The notes under the pieces: generated by a model
Seen by the model: the letters and a program-made list of their open reading frames with translations, nothing else
The model's database searches: none
Told to the model about the DNA's origin: nothing
Source of the DNA: an uncultured Rhodobacterales bacterium
GTDB taxonomy: Bacteria > Pseudomonadota > Alphaproteobacteria > Rhodobacterales > Rhodobacteraceae
Length of the DNA: 58,660 nt
Assembly: GCA_964638245.1 (NCBI GenBank)
Contig: CAZWZG010000002.1
Span: 15,492-74,151 of the forward strand
Direction: 5' to 3'
Position numbers and translations under genes: made by a program
Shown here: one piece after another, positions 45,573-56,634 of the stretch
Position numbering within the stretch: position 1 is the stretch's first letter
Layout: every line of letters begins with the position of its first letter

Positions 45573-47258
45573 TTACGCCAGCAAGCGCCGTGCAATCACC
45601 TGCGCCTGGATTTCCGCGGCACCCTCGAAGATATTCAGTATGCGTGCATCGCAAAGCACGCGGCTGATCGGGTACTCCAGCGCGAACCCGTTTCCGCCGT
45701 GGATTTGCAGAGCGTTGTCGGCAGCGGCCCATGCGACGCGGGCGCCCAGAAGCTTCGCCATGCCTGCTTCAAGGTCACAGCGGCGGTCAGCGTCCTTTTC
45801 GCGGGCCGAAAAATAGGTCAGCTGGCGGGCGATCATGATTTCAACCGCCATCATGGCCAGCTTTGAGGCAACGCGCGGGAACGCGATGAGCGGATTGCCG
45901 AACTGGATGCGGTCCTCTGCGTACTTCATGCCCATCTCAAGCGCGGATTGCGCGACGCCGACAGCGCGGGCCGCGGTCTGGATGCGGGCGCTCTCGAAGG
46001 TCTGCATGAGCTGCTTGAAGCCCTGACCTTCTTCGCCGCCAAGCAGGTTCTCGCCTTTCACTTCGAAGCCATCGAAATTGAGCGTATATTCCTTCATCCC
46101 GCGGTAGCCGAGCACCTCGATCTCACCGCCTGAAATGCCGGGGTCCTGCCAAGGGGCGTCGTCGGTGCCGGGGGTTTTCTCGGCCAAGAACATCGACAAA
46201 CCGCGATAGTCGGTCGTGTCGGGGACTGTCCGCGCCAGAACGGTCATGACATGCGTGCGCGCGGCGTGGGTGATCCAGGTCTTGTTGCCCGTAATCTCCC
46301 AATTGTCGCCCTTCTTGGTGGCCCGCGTTTTCAGCGATCCAAGGTCTGAGCCGGTGTTGGGCTCGGTGAAAACAGCCGTCGGAAGGATCTCGCCCGAGGC
46401 GAGCCCAGGCAGCCATTTCTCTTTTTGCTCCGGTGTCCCGCCGCAGAGAACGAGCTCTGCGGCGATCTCCGACCGGGTGGCGAGGGACCCCACACCGATA
46501 TAGCCGCGACTGAGTTCCTCGGAGACGACAACCATCGACTCCTTGGACAGGCCAAAGCCGCCATGTTCTTCCGGGATCGTCAGGCCGAACACGCCCATCT
46601 CGGCAAGTTCGGCGATGATCTCCATCGGGATCAGTTCGTCTTTCAGGTGCCACTCATGGGCATGGGGGATCACGCGGTCATCGGCAAAGCGCCGAAACTG
46701 CTCGCGGATCATCTCCAACTCGTCGTCCAGACCAGTCGCACCGAAGGTCGGGCGCGCCGCTTGTTCGCGCATGATCTCGACAAGCCGCATCCGGGCGGCT
46801 TCGGTATTGCCGCCCTGGGTCAAAGCCATCACGTCCGGGGCCATTAGAGAGCGCTGGTCGTCCTGGCTGAGGCCGATGTCTTGGGGGCGCAGGAGTTCGC
46901 CCTGGCTCATCGGAATCCCGCCGTAGATCTGCCAAAGGTATTCGCCGGTCCCGATCTGCAGGATGAGCGCTTCCATTTCACCGAATTGACCTTCACCGCT
47001 CAGGCGCTCGGCCCAGGCATGAAGCTGTTTGATTGCTTCAACGGTGGTCGCCAGCCATGCCAACCCGTGGGCCGCCGTTTGGTTTTCTTCGATGGCAGAG
47101 GAGGGGACGCGGTCGCCTACGGCCAGCTGCGCACGCAGCGATGTTTTGGCCGTTTCAAGAAAGGCTTCGGCAGCCGCCGTCGCATTGCCCGTTTTCCCGA
47201 TCAGATCGTCGAGCAAAACGCTTTGAACCTTCGGCATGTCCTGTCCATCAGCAGCCAT
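45573..47258 (-). CDS. Acyl-CoA dehydrogenase (long form with N-terminal helical extension)
   Basis: 561 aa. TEPNTGSDLGSLKT, WITHAARTHVMTV and C-terminal NIFEGAAEIQAQVIARRLL. Confidence 0.85.
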   Translation of the reverse strand: MAADGQDMPKVQSVLLDDLIGKTGNATAAAEAFLETAKTSLRAQLAVGDRVPSSAIEENQTAAHGLAWLATTVEAIKQLHAWAERLSGEGQFGEMEALILQIGTGEYLWQIYGGIPMSQGELLRPQDIGLSQDDQRSLMAPDVMALTQGGNTEAARMRLVEIMREQAARPTFGATGLDDELEMIREQFRRFADDRVIPHAHEWHLKDELIPMEIIAELAEMGVFGLTIPEEHGGFGLSKESMVVVSEELSRGYIGVGSLATRSEIAAELVLCGGTPEQKEKWLPGLASGEILPTAVFTEPNTGSDLGSLKTRATKKGDNWEITGNKTWITHAARTHVMTVLARTVPDTTDYRGLSMFLAEKTPGTDDAPWQDPGISGGEIEVLGYRGMKEYTLNFDGFEVKGENLLGGEEGQGFKQLMQTFESARIQTAARAVGVAQSALEMGMKYAEDRIQFGNPLIAFPRVASKLAMMAVEIMIARQLTYFSAREKDADRRCDLEAGMAKLLGARVAWAAADNALQIHGGNGFALEYPISRVLCDARILNIFEGAAEIQAQVIARRLLA

Positions 47259-47417
47259 CGCGCAATCCTTTTTTCTGCACCTGCAAACGTCTATGTGAGA
47301 TTTTCCCGTCGCGCAATAAGATTTCGCGAAACAATCCCCAAGAGCACAGAAATGTCGCAGCCGATTTCGGATGCGGCGTCTTTCCCGCCAGTATAGACCG
47401 TTGGAAGGAGCATCGAT

Positions 47418-48176
47418 ATGCCTGAATTGTCCCTGTTTGCATGGGGTTTCGTCTTTGCGGTGGCGCTATTGGCCGGTCTTGTCAAAGGGACCGTGGGGTT
47501 TGCGTTGCCGATGCTCATGGTCTCGGGGCTGGGGTCGATCTTGCCGGCAGAGGTGGCGATTGCAGGGATGCTGTTCCCGACGCTGGTTGGCAATCTCTGG
47601 CAAACGCTGCGCGGCGGCATGGGCGCACTTGTCGGTGCCGTGCGAACCCATGCGAAGTTCCTGGCAATCTTCTCCATCGTCATCCTTGCGACAGCGCAAC
47701 TGGTCGGATTCATTCCCGGCTGGGCGCTGTTTCTGATCATCGGCACGATCTTTACGACCTACGCGATCACACAGCTCTTGGGATGGCGTCTGAAAATCGA
47801 AGCGGAAAACCGGAGCATGGCCGAGGTGATCGCCGCTCTGATTGCGGGCTTCGTTGGTGGTCTCTCAGGAAGCTGGGGGCCACCCACGGTGGCTTACCTG
47901 ACGGCGTTGCAGACCGAGAAACGCGAAAGCGTGCAGGTGCAGGGGCTGATCTACGCGGTCGGTGCCGTTCTGCTGGTGGCCGCTCATTTGCAATCAGGGG
48001 TCCTTGGCCCGGAAACGCGGGGCTTTTCCGCCGTGCTCGTTGTGCCAGTCCTAGTCGGCATGGCCATCGGCATGGCGATTCAAGACCGGCTCGACCAAAA
48101 GCAGTTCGCACGGGTCACTCTAGTTGTACTCACGCTCGCGGGTCTGAACCTCGTGCGCCGTGGACTGGGCTTTTGA
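47418..48176 (+). CDS. TauE/SafE-family membrane permease (second copy in the window)
   Basis: 252 aa, multi-TM, with GLVKGTVGFALPMLMV and GFVGGLSGSWGPP motifs. Confidence 0.8.
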   Translation: MPELSLFAWGFVFAVALLAGLVKGTVGFALPMLMVSGLGSILPAEVAIAGMLFPTLVGNLWQTLRGGMGALVGAVRTHAKFLAIFSIVILATAQLVGFIPGWALFLIIGTIFTTYAITQLLGWRLKIEAENRSMAEVIAALIAGFVGGLSGSWGPPTVAYLTALQTEKRESVQVQGLIYAVGAVLLVAAHLQSGVLGPETRGFSAVLVVPVLVGMAIGMAIQDRLDQKQFARVTLVVLTLAGLNLVRRGLGF

Positions 48177-48198
48177 GCCTAGCCTCCATTTTCTGTTC

Positions 48199-48230
48199 AA
48201 AAGTATCCCGGGGTCTGGGGCAGAGCCCCA
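48199..48230. repeat. Dispersed intergenic repeat, copy C
   Basis: aaagtatcccggggtc (48199-48214) followed by the palindrome tggggcagagcccca (48215-48230). Lies between convergent gene ends 48176 and 48237. Confidence 0.7.
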
Positions 48231-48236
48231 GCCAGC

Positions 48237-49841
48237 TTAACCGATCGCGACAGCCTTCACGTCGTCATCGATATTGGCTTCGTATTGGGCAAAGTTCTCG
48301 GCAAACATCGCAACAAGTTTCGCGGCCTGGGCATCGAATGCTGCCTGATCCTGCCACGTCCTGCGCGGATCAAGAAGGATATCAGGTACGGCGCTCGCCT
48401 TGACCGTCACTGGTACTTCAAAGCCAAAGTTTGGATCCTTGCGGAATGGCGCATCCGACAGCGACCCATCAAGTGCTGCTGTCAACAGAGCACGTGTCGC
48501 CTTGATCGGCATCCGGCTTCCGGTGCCATAAGCACCGCCGGTCCAGCCCGTATTCACCAGCCAGCACGTTGCGCCGTGTCGCGCAATCTTCTCGCGCAGC
48601 AGTTCGCCATAGACCTCCGGGCGGCGCGGCATGAAGGGCGCACCAAAACAGGTTGAGAATGTCGGCTCAGGCTCGGTCACTCCTCGCTCGGTCCCGGCCA
48701 CCTTGGACGTAAAGCCCGACAGGAAGTGATACATCGCCTGCGCCGGGGTCAGCCGCGCGATGGGCGGCAACACACCAAACGCATCACAGGTCAGCATGAT
48801 GATGTTCTTGGGGTGGCCCCCGATTGCTGCAGAGGACGCATTGGAGATGTACTCAAGCGGATAGGCACACCGCATGTTGGCCGTCAGGCTGTCGTCTTCG
48901 AAATCCAGCTCTTTGGTGTCGGGGTCATAGACCATGTTCTCGATCACGGTCCCGAACTTTTGGGTTGTGGCATAGATTTCGGGCTCGGCTTCTTCAGAGA
49001 GGTTGATCGTCTTGGCGTAGCAGCCACCCTCAAAGTTGAACGAACCACGATTGGACCAGCCATGCTCGTCATCGCCGATGAGAACGCGGTTGGGGTCGGC
49101 CGACAGCGTTGTCTTGCCCGTGCCAGACAGGCCAAAGAAGATTGCCGTATCGATCGGGTTGCCCTGAGCATGGTTGGCCGAGCAGTGCATCGGCATGATG
49201 CCTTTTTCCGGCAACAGATAGTTCAGAAGGGTGAACACGGACTTCTTGTTTTCGCCCGCGTACTCGGTGCCACCGATCAGGATCAGGCGCCGCTCAAAGT
49301 TCATCGCAATGACCGTATCCGAGCGACAGCCATGCTTCTCCGGGTCGGCCTTGAAGCTTGGCACGTTGATAACAGTGAATTCCGGCTCAAACGTGTCGAG
49401 GTCTGCGCGGTCCGGGCGGCGCAGCAAGTGGCGGATGAAAAGGTTGTGCCACGCCAGTTCGGTGACGACGCGCACGTCCAAGCGATGCGTCGGATCGGCT
49501 CCGGCATACAGGTCCTGAACGAAGAAATCACGGCCCTTCATGTGCGCGACCATGTCGTCATAGAGGCGGTCAAAGGCTGCCGGCTCCATGGCGGCGTTGT
49601 TGTCCCACCAGATCTTGTCGGCGACATCCGGTGTTTTGACGATGTGCTTGTCCATGGGCGAGCGGCCCGTGAATTTGCCGGTCGAAACAAGCACCGTCCC
49701 GCCCTGGCCCAACTCGGCCTCACCGCGCTTGATTGACGCCTCGATCAGCGCCGGCTCGGTCAAATTATACGAAACGGCGCCAAGATCAGTGATCCCTTGC
49801 TGTTCGAGGCTAAACTGAGGGTTCACGCGTCCAAGGGTCAT
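48237..49841 (-). CDS. pckA: Phosphoenolpyruvate carboxykinase (ATP)
   Basis: 534 aa from ATG 49841. [16 protein letters not shown] kinase-1a motif, IGDDEHGW and [10 protein letters not shown]. Confidence 0.95.
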   Translation of the reverse strand: MTLGRVNPQFSLEQQGITDLGAVSYNLTEPALIEASIKRGEAELGQGGTVLVSTGKFTGRSPMDKHIVKTPDVADKIWWDNNAAMEPAAFDRLYDDMVAHMKGRDFFVQDLYAGADPTHRLDVRVVTELAWHNLFIRHLLRRPDRADLDTFEPEFTVINVPSFKADPEKHGCRSDTVIAMNFERRLILIGGTEYAGENKKSVFTLLNYLLPEKGIMPMHCSANHAQGNPIDTAIFFGLSGTGKTTLSADPNRVLIGDDEHGWSNRGSFNFEGGCYAKTINLSEEAEPEIYATTQKFGTVIENMVYDPDTKELDFEDDSLTANMRCAYPLEYISNASSAAIGGHPKNIIMLTCDAFGVLPPIARLTPAQAMYHFLSGFTSKVAGTERGVTEPEPTFSTCFGAPFMPRRPEVYGELLREKIARHGATCWLVNTGWTGGAYGTGSRMPIKATRALLTAALDGSLSDAPFRKDPNFGFEVPVTVKASAVPDILLDPRRTWQDQAAFDAQAAKLVAMFAENFAQYEANIDDDVKAVAIG

Positions 49842-49940
49842 CGTTTCGGTTCCCGTTCTGAATTGACCTAAGGTCAAATGCATTGACCTCCTGCGCTTAT
49901 AGAAAGCGGGTTCCGAGAGAAAAAGCCCTTGTTTTCAGGG

Positions 49941-49970
49941 GTTAGCGCAAACACTGGTTCGTTAGCGCAA
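49941..49970. promoter_or_regulatory. Direct repeat GTTAGCGCAA x2 (20-bp register) in the pckA/chvI divergent intergenic region
   Basis: Identical 10-mers at 49941-49950 and 49961-49970. A candidate response-regulator/transcription-factor site; the function is not shown. Confidence 0.3.
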
Positions 49971-50176
49971 CCAATGTCAGAGATTCGCCGTGATTGATGC
50001 TTAAGAGTGGTGGTCAGCGGTAATTAACCACTTTCGGGCACCAAAAGGGCCACGGATCGTTCTCGATTCGCACATAATTGTTGATTCGGACGGTTATAGG
50101 CACGATTATGCCCGAAAAAAGACGCATATCAGTGCGTAACTATTAAGGCATAAGAGCAGAATAAGGAATTTTGGTG

Positions 50177-50881
50177 ATGTCCAGGATCGCTCTGGTGGAC
50201 GACGACAGGAACATTCTGACGTCTGTCTCCATGACACTCGAAGCCGAAGGGTTCGAGGTTGAGACATATAATGATGGCCAAGCCGCGCTTGATGCCTTCA
50301 ACAAAGAAATGCCGGACATGGCTGTGTTCGACATCAAGATGCCGCGGATGGATGGGATGGACCTGCTTCAGCGGGTGCGCCAGAAAACCGCGATGCCGGT
50401 GATTTTCCTGACCTCGAAGGACGATGAGATCGACGAGGTGCTGGGGCTGCGCATGGGGGCGGATGACTATGTCAAAAAGCCATTCTCGCAACGCCTGCTC
50501 GTTGAACGCATTCGTGCGCTTCTGCGTCGTCAGGAAGTGATTGCTGGCGATATCGATGGCGAGCCGGGCGAACAGGCCCAGGTGATGACCCGGGGCGAAC
50601 TTCGCATGGATCCGCTGCGCCACTCGGTGACGTGGAAGGGCATGGACGTGTCGCTGACCGTGACAGAGTTCCTGCTTCTTCAGGCGCTGGCACAGCGTCC
50701 GGGCTTCGTCAAAAGCCGGGATCAGTTGATGGATGTGGCCTATGATGATCAGGTCTACGTCGATGACCGCACGATCGACAGCCATATCAAGCGTCTGCGC
50801 AAGAAGATGCGGATGGTCGATGATGAGTTTGGGGCGATTGAGACGCTCTATGGCATCGGGTATCGTTATAACGAAGAGTGA
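50177..50881 (+). CDS. chvI: OmpR-family response regulator (ChvI-like by synteny)
   Basis: 234 aa. [12 protein letters not shown]...[13 protein letters not shown] receiver domain and a winged-helix C-terminus ([20 protein letters not shown]). Divergent from pckA and followed by a ChvG-like kinase and hprK. Confidence 0.85.
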   Translation: MSRIALVDDDRNILTSVSMTLEAEGFEVETYNDGQAALDAFNKEMPDMAVFDIKMPRMDGMDLLQRVRQKTAMPVIFLTSKDDEIDEVLGLRMGADDYVKKPFSQRLLVERIRALLRRQEVIAGDIDGEPGEQAQVMTRGELRMDPLRHSVTWKGMDVSLTVTEFLLLQALAQRPGFVKSRDQLMDVAYDDQVYVDDRTIDSHIKRLRKKMRMVDDEFGAIETLYGIGYRYNEE

Positions 50882-52635
50882 GCGACACTCACATCGGGGG
50901 TAAGTTGGACGGGTCGAAACCGGCGAACGAGGCAGATGTCGTCCTCGGCGAGGACTGGATCGGCCCGCATGCCACGTCCGAAAGTGAATTGCGTGCCAAA
51001 CGCGAAAGGCGAGGGTTGATCTCCATCAACCGCTCGCCTTTGGCGCGTAAAATCATCACGTTCAACCTGCTGGCCATACTTGTTCTGGTCGCTGGGGTTC
51101 TGTTTCTGAACCCTTTCCGGGACAGCCTGGTGTTTCAACGCGAACGCGGGTTGGTCATAGAGACCGAGTTGATCGCAGCGCTTCTGTCGGCACAGCTTCA
51201 AAGTGAAGCGCCAGCAGAGGGTGAAGAGACACCCCTTCCGCCGACACCTACACTGGATGCCACCGAAGAGCAGCGCATTCAAAGCATCGTTGCTGGGCTG
51301 AACCTCCCCGTTGCCGTCGATGTTTATGTATTCAGCACGGGTCAGGAGTTGTTGGCCTCGGCGCTGGGCGCAGAGCGAGAGTTCGTGACGGTCGATGGGC
51401 TCGAGCGTGATCAACGCTCGACACTGATCACGGATTTCTTGAATTCCATCTGGGAAGGGTTATCGGGCATTTTGGGCGCAGGCTCGGACGTCGGGACGCT
51501 GGATGCAGAAGAGCAAGCACGGCGGATGGTTGAGCGGGCTCTTGCCGGAACCGAAATGGAGACAACCGCCGACGCTGTTGGATCCACCATCTTTTCCGTC
51601 GCCGCACCGATCATCGAGGGCGGCCAGACGGTCGGCGTTGTCGTGCTCAAAAGTGCTGCGGGCGAAATCGATGAGCTGGTGCGTGCCGAGCGCGAACAAG
51701 TCCTGCAGATGTTTGTCATCGCCATTTTGGTGTCGATCGGCCTCAGCCTTGTGCTGGCCTCCACGATTGCGAACCCGTTGTCGGATCTGGCAGCAGCCGC
51801 GGAGATCGGCCGCGAAAAGAACGCGCGCCGGTTCAGCCCTAGCCGGGTGCGGATCCCCGATCTGAGCGCGCGCCCTGATGAGATCGGGCGTTTGTCCGGT
51901 GCGCTGCGGGGGATGGTTGCCGCACTGTACGATCGCATCGATGCCAATGAACAATTCGCGGCCGATGTCGCGCACGAAATCAAGAACCCACTGGCCTCGT
52001 TGCGGTCCGCCATCGGGACACTTCGACTTGCCAAACGAGACGACCAGCGCGGCAAGCTGCTGGATGTGATCGAGCATGATGTACGCCGGTTGGACCGGCT
52101 AGTGAGCGATATCTCGAACGCCTCGCGGCTTGACAGTGAGTTGGTCAAGGAAGACGAAGAATCCTTCAACCTTCTGAAGATGATCAACAATATCGCCGAC
52201 TACCTGGGCCATGAGGCGCAGGACAAAGGGATCGAATTCATCACCGATCTGCCGTCTACGCCGATTGTCATCGAGGGGTTGGAAAGCCGTTTGGCGCAGG
52301 TTTTCGTCAACCTCGTATCGAACGCGATTTCGTTCTGTGACAATGGCGACGCGATCCGGATCTGGGCGCGTAAGCGTGAAAACCGCGTGTTGGTGGTGGT
52401 CGAAGACACCGGCCCCGGCATCCCCGAACAGGCGCTGACGAAGATCTTCAATCGCTTCTATTCGCAACGCCCCGAGAACGATTTCGGCAACAACTCAGGG
52501 CTTGGTCTTGCGATCTCCAAACAGATTGTCGAGGCACATGGTGGCGTGATCTGGGCCGAGAACATCCGGCCTACCGACGTCGACATTACTTCGGAACCTC
52601 TGGGCGCGCGATTTGTCGTCGGCCTTCCCGTCTGA
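50878..52635 (+). CDS. chvG: Sensor histidine kinase (ChvG/ExoS/BvrS-like)
   Basis: 585 aa. Two TM helices flanking a periplasmic region, HAMP, H-box [16 protein letters not shown] and G-box [20 protein letters not shown] overlap with chvI. Confidence 0.85.
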   Translation: MSDTHIGGKLDGSKPANEADVVLGEDWIGPHATSESELRAKRERRGLISINRSPLARKIITFNLLAILVLVAGVLFLNPFRDSLVFQRERGLVIETELIAALLSAQLQSEAPAEGEETPLPPTPTLDATEEQRIQSIVAGLNLPVAVDVYVFSTGQELLASALGAEREFVTVDGLERDQRSTLITDFLNSIWEGLSGILGAGSDVGTLDAEEQARRMVERALAGTEMETTADAVGSTIFSVAAPIIEGGQTVGVVVLKSAAGEIDELVRAEREQVLQMFVIAILVSIGLSLVLASTIANPLSDLAAAAEIGREKNARRFSPSRVRIPDLSARPDEIGRLSGALRGMVAALYDRIDANEQFAADVAHEIKNPLASLRSAIGTLRLAKRDDQRGKLLDVIEHDVRRLDRLVSDISNASRLDSELVKEDEESFNLLKMINNIADYLGHEAQDKGIEFITDLPSTPIVIEGLESRLAQVFVNLVSNAISFCDNGDAIRIWARKRENRVLVVVEDTGPGIPEQALTKIFNRFYSQRPENDFGNNSGLGLAISKQIVEAHGGVIWAENIRPTDVDITSEPLGARFVVGLPV

Positions 52636-53041
52636 GACGCGCCACGCGTCGGCCGTCGCCTTTGACGGGCGCGGCGTTCTCATTCTTGGTCAAGCAGGTG
52701 CGGGCAAGTCGGCGCTTTCACTCGAGCTCATGTCGATTGGCGGCACCCTTGTAGCTGATGATCGCGTGATCTTGTCGAGCGAGGATGCCCAGATCATGGC
52801 CGCGGCTCCTGAGACGATCCAGGGCATGATCGAGGCGCGATTTGTCGGCCTTTTGAAAGCCGAGGCGGCGCCTGCAGAGATCGTTCTGGTCATTGATCTG
52901 GACAAAACCGAAAACGACCGCCTGCCGCCCAAACGCCACATCGCAATCCTAGGTCAGCGACTGCCCTTGCTTCACAAGGCAAAGAGCCGCCATTTTGCTC
53001 CTGCGATCCGGCAATATCTATTGCAGGGTCCGACACCCTGA
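52613..53041 (+). CDS. hprK: Short HPr kinase/phosphorylase (C-terminal-domain-only, alphaproteobacterial type)
   Basis: 142 aa with a TTG start inside the chvG end. [30 protein letters not shown]-loop context. Confidence 0.75.
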   Translation: MSSAFPSETRHASAVAFDGRGVLILGQAGAGKSALSLELMSIGGTLVADDRVILSSEDAQIMAAAPETIQGMIEARFVGLLKAEAAPAEIVLVIDLDKTENDRLPPKRHIAILGQRLPLLHKAKSRHFAPAIRQYLLQGPTP

Positions 53042-53054
53042 AAATCGGTTGGCT

Positions 53055-53963
53055 ATGTCCGCTTCGGCTTCTGTTCCTCCTCGATCCCCGCGCGTCGTCT
53101 TTGTGACGGGTCCTGCTGGCGCGGGCCGTTCCACGGCGATCAACGCGCTTGAGGATGCTGGCTTTGAAGCCATCGATAATATGCCCCTTTCGCTGATACC
53201 GAGGCTCTTGTCGCCGCCTGCGGATCACCCTTTGGCGCTGGGCATCGATGCGCGGAACCGGGATTTTTCCGTCGAGAACCTTTTGGCGATCGTTGAACAG
53301 TTTGGTGGTGAAGCTGGATTGTCTGTCGAGCTCTTGTTTCTAGACTGCAACTCGGACGTGCTGGTGCGCCGTTACTCTGAGACGCGCAGGCGCCATCCGC
53401 TTTCCCCAAACGAAAGCCCCTCCGTCGGCGTTGCACGCGAAGAAGACCTGCTTCGGCCGGTGCGGGATCGTGCGCATGTGCTGATCGATACCTCTGAATT
53501 CACGCCCCATGACCTGCGCGCCGAGATCATGCGCGTGTTCAATCCCGGTCCTAGCGAAGATTTGTCCGTTTCCGTGCAATCGTTTTCCTACAAACGGGGC
53601 CTTCCAAGGGGGGTGGACCTTGTCTTTGACGTGCGTTTCCTCAAAAATCCCCATTGGGACGCTGCGTTGCGACCAGAAGATGGTCGTAATTCTGCGGTGG
53701 CTGACTATGTAGCTGAAGATCCACGGTTTGACGCGTTTTTTGACCAGGTGCTGAGTTTGGTGACCTTTCTGCTTCCAGCCTATCAGGACGAGGGCAAGTC
53801 GCATTTGGCGATCGCATTCGGCTGCACTGGCGGGCGACACCGATCCGTGGCTTTGGCGGAAAAACTGGCCCGCACCCTTGCGTCGGGTCCCTGGCAAGTG
53901 TCAACTCGGCACCGCGAGTTAGAGCGGCAGACGGGGCCGCGCAAAAGTGGGGGTGGCGCGTGA
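53055..53963 (+). CDS. rapZ: RNase adapter / nucleotide-binding protein RapZ
   Basis: 302 aa. [20 protein letters not shown] Walker A and [16 protein letters not shown]. Confidence 0.85.
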   Translation: MSASASVPPRSPRVVFVTGPAGAGRSTAINALEDAGFEAIDNMPLSLIPRLLSPPADHPLALGIDARNRDFSVENLLAIVEQFGGEAGLSVELLFLDCNSDVLVRRYSETRRRHPLSPNESPSVGVAREEDLLRPVRDRAHVLIDTSEFTPHDLRAEIMRVFNPGPSEDLSVSVQSFSYKRGLPRGVDLVFDVRFLKNPHWDAALRPEDGRNSAVADYVAEDPRFDAFFDQVLSLVTFLLPAYQDEGKSHLAIAFGCTGGRHRSVALAEKLARTLASGPWQVSTRHRELERQTGPRKSGGGA

Positions 53964-54352
53964 TCGGGATCGTGATCGTGGCGCATGGGGGATTGGCCCG
54001 AGAGTATCTTTCGGCGGTCGAGCACGTTGTGGGCGCGCAGCCCGGCGTGGTGACTATTTCGGTTGGGCGCGATGACAACCGCGGCGCCAAGCAGAAAGAG
54101 ATCTGCGATGCCGCCGACAGCGTTGATACAGGGGACGGCGTCGTGGTCGTGACGGACATGTTCGGAGGCTCGCCCTCGAACCTGTCACTCAAGGCCTGCA
54201 GCCCGGACAACCGCAAGTTCCTTTATGGTGCCAACCTGCCGATGCTGATCAAGCTTGCCAAATCGCGCAAGAAGTCCGTCAGCGCCGCAGTTAGCGCCGC
54301 GCGCGAAGCGGGTCGGAAGTATATCGACAGCATGGACATCCATGTGGAATAA
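53960..54352 (+). CDS. PTS EIIA component, mannose family
   Basis: 130 aa with a GTG start overlapping the rapZ stop. [24 protein letters not shown] with the phosphorylatable His context. Confidence 0.8.
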   Translation: MIGIVIVAHGGLAREYLSAVEHVVGAQPGVVTISVGRDDNRGAKQKEICDAADSVDTGDGVVVVTDMFGGSPSNLSLKACSPDNRKFLYGANLPMLIKLAKSRKKSVSAAVSAAREAGRKYIDSMDIHVE

Positions 54353-54361
54353 GCGTTGCCC

Positions 54362-54640
54362 ATGAGCACGACGATCAACCGCACGTTTGAAATCTGCAAC
54401 GAGAAAGGGCTTCACGCCCGTGCCTCTGCCAAATTGGTCGAAACGGTCGAACAATTTGATGCCGAGGCCGAGATATCACGTGACGGCATTTCGGCCGGCG
54501 GGGACAGTATCATGGGCCTTTTGATGTTGGCAGCCTCCAAGGGAACCTCTATTGAAGTCCAAACGCGAGGGATGGAGGCAGAGGCGTTGGCGGATGCCCT
54601 TGAAAAACTCGTGGCTGAACGGTTCGGCGAAGATGTCTAG
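54362..54640 (+). CDS. ptsH: HPr-family phosphocarrier protein (HPr/NPr)
   Basis: 92 aa. ICNEKGLHARASAKLV (His-15 motif) and SIMGLLMLAASKG (Ser-46 region). Confidence 0.85.
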   Translation: MSTTINRTFEICNEKGLHARASAKLVETVEQFDAEAEISRDGISAGGDSIMGLLMLAASKGTSIEVQTRGMEAEALADALEKLVAERFGEDV

Positions 54641-55596
54641 TGCACGGGAACAAAGTGGTCGATAGCACTCCGCATAAGTCTGCGATGATGCGACGTCGCC
54701 CGCGGGGCGAGAGGTCGGTGCGCGCTGATCAGGCTTTGCACGGGCAAGGCGACGGCACGACTCTTGCGGACCAGCCCTACGATCGCCGCCGACTTAGTTA
54801 TGCGACGACCTTCGACAACGGTTTTCAGCGCCGCTTTATCCAGGCGATGGAGCTGTTCACCGGCAAGCTGAAACTGCTGCGCCTGATCAGAAAGTTCGAA
54901 GCAATGGGCGTGCCCCATGGGCAGGAATTCTGGTCGCGGGCGCTGAAGGTGATGGGCATCGACCTGATCACGCCGCAGGACGAAATCGAAAACATCCCGG
55001 CGACCGGGCCGTTGGTCATCGTGGCGAACCACCCCCATGGGCTGGTAGACGGCATGGTCCTTGGCGAACTGATCGGCAAGCAACGCACTGACTACAAGAT
55101 CCTGACGCGCAACCTTTTGACGGGCGTCGCGGAGATTGAGCAATTCATGATCCCGGTGCCCTTTGCCCATCAGGAAGATGCACTTCAGCTGAATCTCGAC
55201 ATGCGCAAGGCGGCGATGGACCATCTGGCGGATGGCGGTTGTATCGTGATTTTCCCATCGGGCGTGGTTGCTTCTTCGGATACGGCCTTTGGTCCGGTGA
55301 TCGAACGTGAATGGAACCCGTTTACAGCGAAGATGATCCAGCGCTCGAAAGCGACGGTCGTGCCGGTGTTCTTTCCTGGACAGAATTCGCGCTGGTATCA
55401 GATCGCAAATTCGATTTCGGCGACGATCCGGCAGGGGCTTTTGTTGTTTGAAGTGCGCCATGCCCTGAACAAGCCGCAGCGTCCCGTTGTTGGTGCGCCC
55501 ATCAGCCCTGATGTCTTGTCTGAATGGTCCGGCAATCCGCGCGGTTTCGTGGCACGGCTGCGTGAGCAGACCTTGGCGCTGAAATCGAAAGTCTGA
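54640..55596 (+). CDS. Lysophospholipid (PlsC-type) acyltransferase family protein
   Basis: HX4D motif in VIVANHPHGLVDG and IFPSGVV block III. The exact start is uncertain (GTG 54640 or an internal ATG). Confidence 0.7.
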   Translation: MHGNKVVDSTPHKSAMMRRRPRGERSVRADQALHGQGDGTTLADQPYDRRRLSYATTFDNGFQRRFIQAMELFTGKLKLLRLIRKFEAMGVPHGQEFWSRALKVMGIDLITPQDEIENIPATGPLVIVANHPHGLVDGMVLGELIGKQRTDYKILTRNLLTGVAEIEQFMIPVPFAHQEDALQLNLDMRKAAMDHLADGGCIVIFPSGVVASSDTAFGPVIEREWNPFTAKMIQRSKATVVPVFFPGQNSRWYQIANSISATIRQGLLLFEVRHALNKPQRPVVGAPISPDVLSEWSGNPRGFVARLREQTLALKSKV

Positions 55597-55604
55597 CACC
55601 TGGC

Positions 55605-56480
55605 CTAGCGCGTGGGCACCGGTGTTTCCCCGCGATAGTCATAGAACCCGCGCTCGGACTTGCGGCCCAACCATCCAGCCTCGACGTATTTCGTCAAAAG
55701 AGGGCAGGGGCGGTATTTTGTATCGGCCAACCCATCGTGCAGCACGTTCATGATCGCAAGGCAGGTGTCGAGTCCGATGAAATCGGCCAACTCCAGCGGG
55801 CCCATCGGATGGTTCGCGCCCAGTTTCATCGAGCTATCGATCGAGGCGACTGAACCAACGCCTTCATAAAGCGTATAAACCGCTTCGTTGATCATCGGCA
55901 TCAGGATCCGGTTGACGATGAAGGCCGGAAAGTCTTCGGCCGAGGCGGCGGTTTTTCCCAAGGCCTCGACCACCGCAAGGCAGGCTTTGTAGGTTTCCTC
56001 GTCCGTTGCGATCCCACGGATGAGTTCGACCAATTGCATGACCGGAACGGGGTTCATGAAATGGAAGCCCATGAATTTCTCGGGCCGATCCGTGCGCGAG
56101 GCAAGGCGCGTGATCGAGATTGATGATGTGTTCGATGTCAGGATCGTTGTCGGCTTCAGGTGCGGAACGAGGTCTTCGAAAATCGCGACCTTGACTGTTT
56201 CACGCTCGGTGGCGGCTTCAATCACAAGGTCGGTTTGACCAAGCTCCGGCAACTTCAGCGTCGTCTTGATCCGCCCGAGCGCTGCCGTCTTTTCAGCCTC
56301 CGAGATTTTCTCGCGCGCCAGTTGGCGGTCAAGGTTTGCTGTCACAGCCTCCATCGCGCGATCCAGCGCGGTTTCACTGACATCGTTCATCAGGACGTCA
56401 TATCCGGCCAGAGCGCAGACATGCGCGATTCCGGCGCCCATCTGTCCTGCTCCTACGACCCCAATCGTCTGGATCTCCAT
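55605..56480 (-). CDS. 3-hydroxybutyryl-CoA / 3-hydroxyacyl-CoA dehydrogenase
   Basis: 291 aa from ATG 56480. IGVVGAGQMGAGIAHV, NTSSISIT, HFMNPVPVMQLVE and GRKSERGFYDY. Confidence 0.9.
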   Translation of the reverse strand: MEIQTIGVVGAGQMGAGIAHVCALAGYDVLMNDVSETALDRAMEAVTANLDRQLAREKISEAEKTAALGRIKTTLKLPELGQTDLVIEAATERETVKVAIFEDLVPHLKPTTILTSNTSSISITRLASRTDRPEKFMGFHFMNPVPVMQLVELIRGIATDEETYKACLAVVEALGKTAASAEDFPAFIVNRILMPMINEAVYTLYEGVGSVASIDSSMKLGANHPMGPLELADFIGLDTCLAIMNVLHDGLADTKYRPCPLLTKYVEAGWLGRKSERGFYDYRGETPVPTR

Positions 56481-56634
56481 GCCGCCGTCCCTTTCTGCCG
56501 TGCAGCATACCTTATGGCTGAGCCAGCCCAAGGCGCAAGGCAACTGGACCAAGTTTGTGTCGAATGCCGCCTTTAGGATTTTGGCAAGACACTTCTGCGA
56601 ATCCTGATCGCGGGTGAGACATTGGTGGGTGCAG

